Shown piece by piece: positions 59,701 through 64,000 of a DNA stretch of 64,000 nt. The stretch is from Phaeosaccion multiseriatum. Lineage: Eukaryota > Protista > Ochrophyta, other classes. The DNA is taken from contig OZ218950.1 of assembly GCA_965112735.1 (NCBI GenBank), forward strand, positions 372,001-436,000, read 5' to 3'. Position 1 is the first letter of the stretch. Each line of letters starts with the position of its first letter. Below the pieces are notes generated by a model that was given only the letters and a program-made list of their open reading frames with translations, had not been told where the DNA came from and made no database searches. Both the position numbers and the translations under genes were made by a program.

Positions 59701-60753
59701 TGGAGAAGGGCGGCAGCCTCACCATCAGGCGCCTTTCGGTTTCGAACCGGGGATGGTCGATGCAGGCCCTCTCAGAGGCGGAGGCCGAGGCGGGCTCGGA
59801 GGAGCTGCGCATGAGGGGCTTCAAGCTCGTCAAGTGAGTGTCAGGACACAGAGGGGGTGTGTCGGGACAGGGAGAGGGAGTGTCAGGACCGAGAGAATGC
59901 GTTAGGAAAGACGGAGAGGAAGTGTGAGGATAGAGACAGACAGTTTTCAGTTTTCAGTTTGTGTGACGAGATCACTGAAACGGAGTCGATATCGATATCG
60001 AAGCTTCTGTGCTGAGAAAGAGTGTGGACAGAGAGGAAGTGTCAGGTTAGAGAAGGAGAGTGTGAGGACAGAGGAAAAGTGCCAGGACAGAGAGGGAGTG
60101 TCAGAATAGGCAGAGTGTCAGGACAAAGAGAGAGAGTGTCAGGACAGCGAGAGAGGGAGTGTCAGGAGAAAGAATAGACAGTGTCAGGACGGAGAGGGAG
60201 TGTCAGGACAGAGAATAGACAGTGTCAGGGCATAGAGGGAGTATGAGGATAAAGAGTACAGGCACAGGACAGAAAGGATACGGGCATGGTGTGGGGGTGC
60301 ACAGGAAGAGAGAGAGAAGAGAGGAAGAGGAAGAGGGAGGGAGAGAGGGAGAGAAGAGGGAGAGAAGAGGGAGAGAGAGGACACTTGTGGGGCTGTGAAG
60401 GCACCACATACGCACACGCACCATAGCCTTCCTTCTTTCGTCTGTGCCTGCACTCACTCACTCACTCTTGCCCCACCTCTTTAATTTCTCTTCCTCCGCC
60501 CTTTCTTCCTCCCTCCCTCCCTCCCTCCCTCCCTCCCTCCCTCCCTCCTGTCCTCGCCTACTTCTCTCCTCTTCTCTTTCTCCTATCCGATGCCCTCCCC
60601 CACCTCCCTCCTCCTCCTCCCTCCTTTAGGAGCGAGAGCAGGAAAATCTCCGTGAAGGCCGGTGAGACGAAGGTCATTGACGAGAGCCCCGGCGGCAAGG
60701 ATGACAAGGACGTTAACTGTTTCGCAGGCATTCTCAGCATGTTGGGCCTCTAG
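53738..60753 (+). CDS. USP: UDP-sugar pyrophosphorylase, multi-exon
   Basis: [97 protein letters not shown]. Stop at 60751-60753. Confidence 0.93.
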
Positions 60754-61364
60754 AATGGGCTTCTAGAGAGGGAAGGGGGCGAGAGAGAGGGGGAGGTGGG
60801 GAGACAGAGAAACAGAGATGCTGGGCGTCAGCACATGTGTGTGCGGGCGTGTGCGTAGTGCGTGCGTGCGTGCGTGCGTGTGTGCGTATGCCCCCCGTCC
60901 TTGTATTCAAGGAGGGGAATTTTGACATGTTATAGGGGAGGACAACAGGGGCGGGGAAGAGAAGTAGACAATACAGTCCGTCCAGATCACAGGGGCGGGG
61001 AAGAGAAGTAGACAAAACAGTCCGTCCAGCCAGATTAGATTTTAGAGACCGCAGCGGGGAAGAGAGGGAAAGAAGAGTGCAGAGGAGAGGAGGGGAGGGG
61101 GAGGGTTGTGGCGGTCAGCTGCGGATCATCGGAAAGCAGGGGAGGCGGCGAAGCAGCGAAGCGCCCTCCTGCCTTTGTATTCCTACTCATTTGCGGAGAA
61201 GGTGGCCATCGCCCCCCCCCCCCCTCTCGGGAGTCCTAGCTACATTTTTTTTTATTTTCGTTTTACCCGTTGAAGATCGGCAGTGGCTGAGGTCTGTCTA
61301 AGCAATTAATGGGCGGACAGCACTGAGCTTAGCTGAAACGGAGTCGGTGGAGCACGGTTGGGCG

Positions 61365-64000
61365 GAGGGCTGAGAGCAAAGACATGAATACACGAATACA
61401 CAGTGGAGAGAGAGAAGAGAGGAAGGAGAGGAAAAAGGATGGCAAGAGCACCCGACTGGTGTTGAGAGAGGGGGGTCAGGGGGGTCAACAGAGATCCCAG
61501 AGGTGGTGGAGTGGAGTGGTGTGGTGTGAAGAGAGGAGAGGCATCCACCCTCTTGACTAGTTAGGCTCGTGCAGTGGAGTGGAGGCTTGGAGGCTCTATT
61601 GGAGTGGAGACGTGGAGTTGAGTGAGTTGGAGAGGAGTGGGGTAAAGTGGGGTGATGTGCAGAGAGGAGACGAGTCCACCACGCCTGACTTTGCGGCCAT
61701 GCCTGGACTTGAGTCCTCTCTTCACACACACACACACACACACACACACGGGGCAGGGCTGCAGTCGACACGAGAGGGAGTGCAATCAATCAATCAATCC
61801 ATACACTTATCATTAAGTTAGCTTACGTACCCCATCCCCCCAGCGGGCCTCGTCTTCAAGTCACTTCCAAGCCCCCTCCTCGGATTCTGTGTGCCATCCA
61901 TCTACCATCAAGCCTTCCTTCTATACCTGTAGCCGATGTCGTGCCAAGTCATCTCTGCAGCTCCAGCGCCAAGTGACACACACAGCGTGCCCGTAGGCTG
62001 CCAAGTCCATTGTGAATGTTGAAACCATTCGTTCCCCCCCCCCCCCCCCGCAATGAAGCACAGTGTGTGGCGAGTGGGGCAATTCACTTCAATTGACTTA
62101 CTCTACGGTTCGCCCATTGCACGTGCCAAGCTTCACTGCGGATTAAGGCCATCGGGTCACTAAATCCCAAGTCCCGAGGTATCAGCAGCAGGGCCCTCCA
62201 CACGCACGCACGCTCGCAGCGCTTTCCGTCCGCGCCTCTTCTTCCCACTCGCCGTCACCATGCTCTCCTCCAGCACCGCCCACTCCTCCTTCAGCTTGTC
62301 GTCATCATCATCCTCCCCTGCTCCTCCTGAGCGATAGCGGTGGTAGGCAGACACAAAGCCTCGGATCGTGCTCTCCAGGCTCGCCCCCTTCCTCTTTGTG
62401 CGCACAGCGAGGTGGGGCAGCAGCAACACTTTACTCCGGCCCACAGCCACCACCACGCCATTCGATAGCTCCCCGTCCCGACGGCCGCACAAGGCCGTGG
62501 CAGCATCAGCCCCGCCATCTTCCAGCCCTCTCCACAGGCCACAGGGCAGTTGAATCTCGTCCCCGACATGAAGCCCCAGCCCCGCAAGAAAACCCACCCC
62601 ATTCCCATCCTCCAGTGCATCCTTCCTCTCCTCCCCTCCCCCAGGCATTGAAGGGGCGCATTTTGCCCTCTTTCTTCCTCTCCCATTGATGTCCTCCGCA
62701 GCTCCTCGCTTGGGCACAGACGTACACGGGCCAGTCTCCTCCTTCTGCTCCGCCCCCTCCCTCTTCATTCGTGCATGCCTATGGCACATCCCACCTTGCT
62801 GCCGATGCTTCTCGCACCCCTCAACAGTACACCTCTTCACCACAGCACCGTGCCCAAGGCAAAGTCCTCCTTGGACCCGATGGTTGTTACACCCCTCAAC
62901 AGTACACCTCTTCTGTACCACCACAGCCCCGTGGGCCAGGCAAAGTCCTCCTTGGATCCGCTTCTTCTCGCACCCCTCCACAGTACACCTCTTCAGCACA
63001 GCCCCATGCCCAACGCAAAGTCCTCCTTGGATCCGTTGCTTCTCGCACCCCTCAACACTACATCTCTTCAGCACAGCTCCGTGCCCAACGCAAAGCCCTC
63101 CTTGGACCTGCCCCTTCCCGCACCCCTCCACAGTACACCTCTTCCGCATTTTCACAACTCCGCGCCCTTCAAACAATCCTCCTTGCACCTCCTTTGCGTT
63201 TCTTCAACAGGTCCAAATCCACCTTAGGGCATAAGGGGCTTCGAGTCCATCCACTGCGTCTGCTCTTTCACTGTCTCTCTCGATCCACCTGAGAAATAGG
63301 GTCTTATTAATCCTGACGAGGAGTGAAAATTGAATGCTTCAGTCTGAAGACATAAGGAGGTTCCCAAGCGCCTGGCCCAAGTGGTAACGACACCAGGGTA
63401 CTCGAGAACCAAATGAATGCTTGTTACGCCAACTCGAACGCTTCCAACAAGTCCGCGCCGCCGTCTGAAGTCAGGGAGGGGGAAGATGGGAAGATGGGAA
63501 GAAGGGAGGAGCCCAGGAACATGCGATCTAGTTTCAGTTTCCGTTCATTGGCCCGAGCCTTGTTGCCCCCTTTGCTAATCCCCCTGTGACACCGGGAGTG
63601 GAAGGGACAGTTTGTGCAAAACACGTACGATAGCAGTGAGGCGAGAGTGAATTATCGAAATTAAAGGCTTAACGGCTTATGTGCCACCTGAGAGGTGGGC
63701 GAGGAAAGAGGAGGGAAAGGCCCATCACCATCAAGGAGCATACGAGCAATTCTTAAGCTAAGCTCTACCTCTGATGCTCCCTTCCATCTGCCCAGTCTGA
63801 CGAGCCTGCACCTCATGGAAGGCTTGCCATTGCCAGCACCGGTGCTGATGCCCCTCCCCTCCCCCCTGCCGCACCGCACCAGCTACAACGCGCTGCTGAC
63901 GACAAGCGCCAAAAACAAAGCACTTGCTGCTTTCTAATCCCCCACCAGCTACTGCTGCTGCGTCTGCAGTTGTTGCTCGCTGCTGCTGCGATTGGTCTTA
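61365..64000 (-). repeat. Zinc-finger-array repeat unit, copy 3 (inverted, insertion-free, runs off the window)
   Basis: Reverse complement matches 4811-5328 and 1228-4158. Confidence 0.9.
62160..63149 (-). CDS. Tandem CCCH zinc-finger (WRKY19-like repeat) protein, 5 repeats plus the same C-terminal domain
   Basis: Intact ORF with ATG at 63149. C-terminal ~190 aa nearly identical to copy 1. Confidence 0.85.
   Translation of the reverse strand: MRKRCTVEGCGKGQVQGGLCVGHGAVLKRCSVEGCEKQRIQGGLCVGHGAVLKRCTVEGCEKKRIQGGLCLAHGAVVVQKRCTVEGCNNHRVQGGLCLGHGAVVKRCTVEGCEKHRQQGGMCHRHARMKREGAEQKEETGPCTSVPKRGAAEDINGRGRKRAKCAPSMPGGGEERKDALEDGNGVGFLAGLGLHVGDEIQLPCGLWRGLEDGGADAATALCGRRDGELSNGVVVAVGRSKVLLLPHLAVRTKRKGASLESTIRGFVSAYHRYRSGGAGEDDDDDKLKEEWAVLEESMVTASGKKRRGRKALRACVRVEGPAADTSGLGI

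Noticed and set aside
1-64000. tRNA, rRNA or other structured RNA genes
   Set aside because: None recognised by eye. tRNAscan-SE/Infernal would be needed to exclude them.

Overview
Eukaryotic, intron-rich, GC-rich DNA from a photosynthetic stramenopile. It encodes an Lhcr-type antenna protein with an ASAFAP-type presequence, and the (GGGA)n/(CAGA)n intron microsatellites suggest a eustigmatophyte-like alga (inference). A core block of about 48 kb holds spliced host genes: a plastid-targeted adenylate kinase-Nudix fusion, a histone deacetylase-family protein, cystathionine beta-synthase, a bromodomain-ET protein, a single-pass membrane protein ending in a profilin-like domain, Lhcr, a tail-anchored TPR protein and UDP-sugar pyrophosphorylase. 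The block is bracketed by three copies of a repeated unit, two on + at the left and one on - at the right. Each copy encodes a tandem CCCH zinc-finger array (WRKY19-like, CTVEGCxKxxxQGGLCxxHG) with 9, 11 and 5 repeats, a nearly fixed scaffold and hypervariable positions. The unit has been hit by several elements: nested MITE-like elements, a 3.2-kb fold-back element, and a 5'-truncated RLE-type non-LTR retrotransposon inserted into a finger with a 7-bp TSD. A complete 5.1-kb DNA transposon (36206-41292) has 20-bp TIRs, a 6-bp TSD, a degenerate transposase plus PHD finger and an OTU protease. A diverged, truncated relative at 277-1220 abuts a copied exon of the neighbouring Nudix gene. All gene models and homologies were read by eye; no database searches were run.
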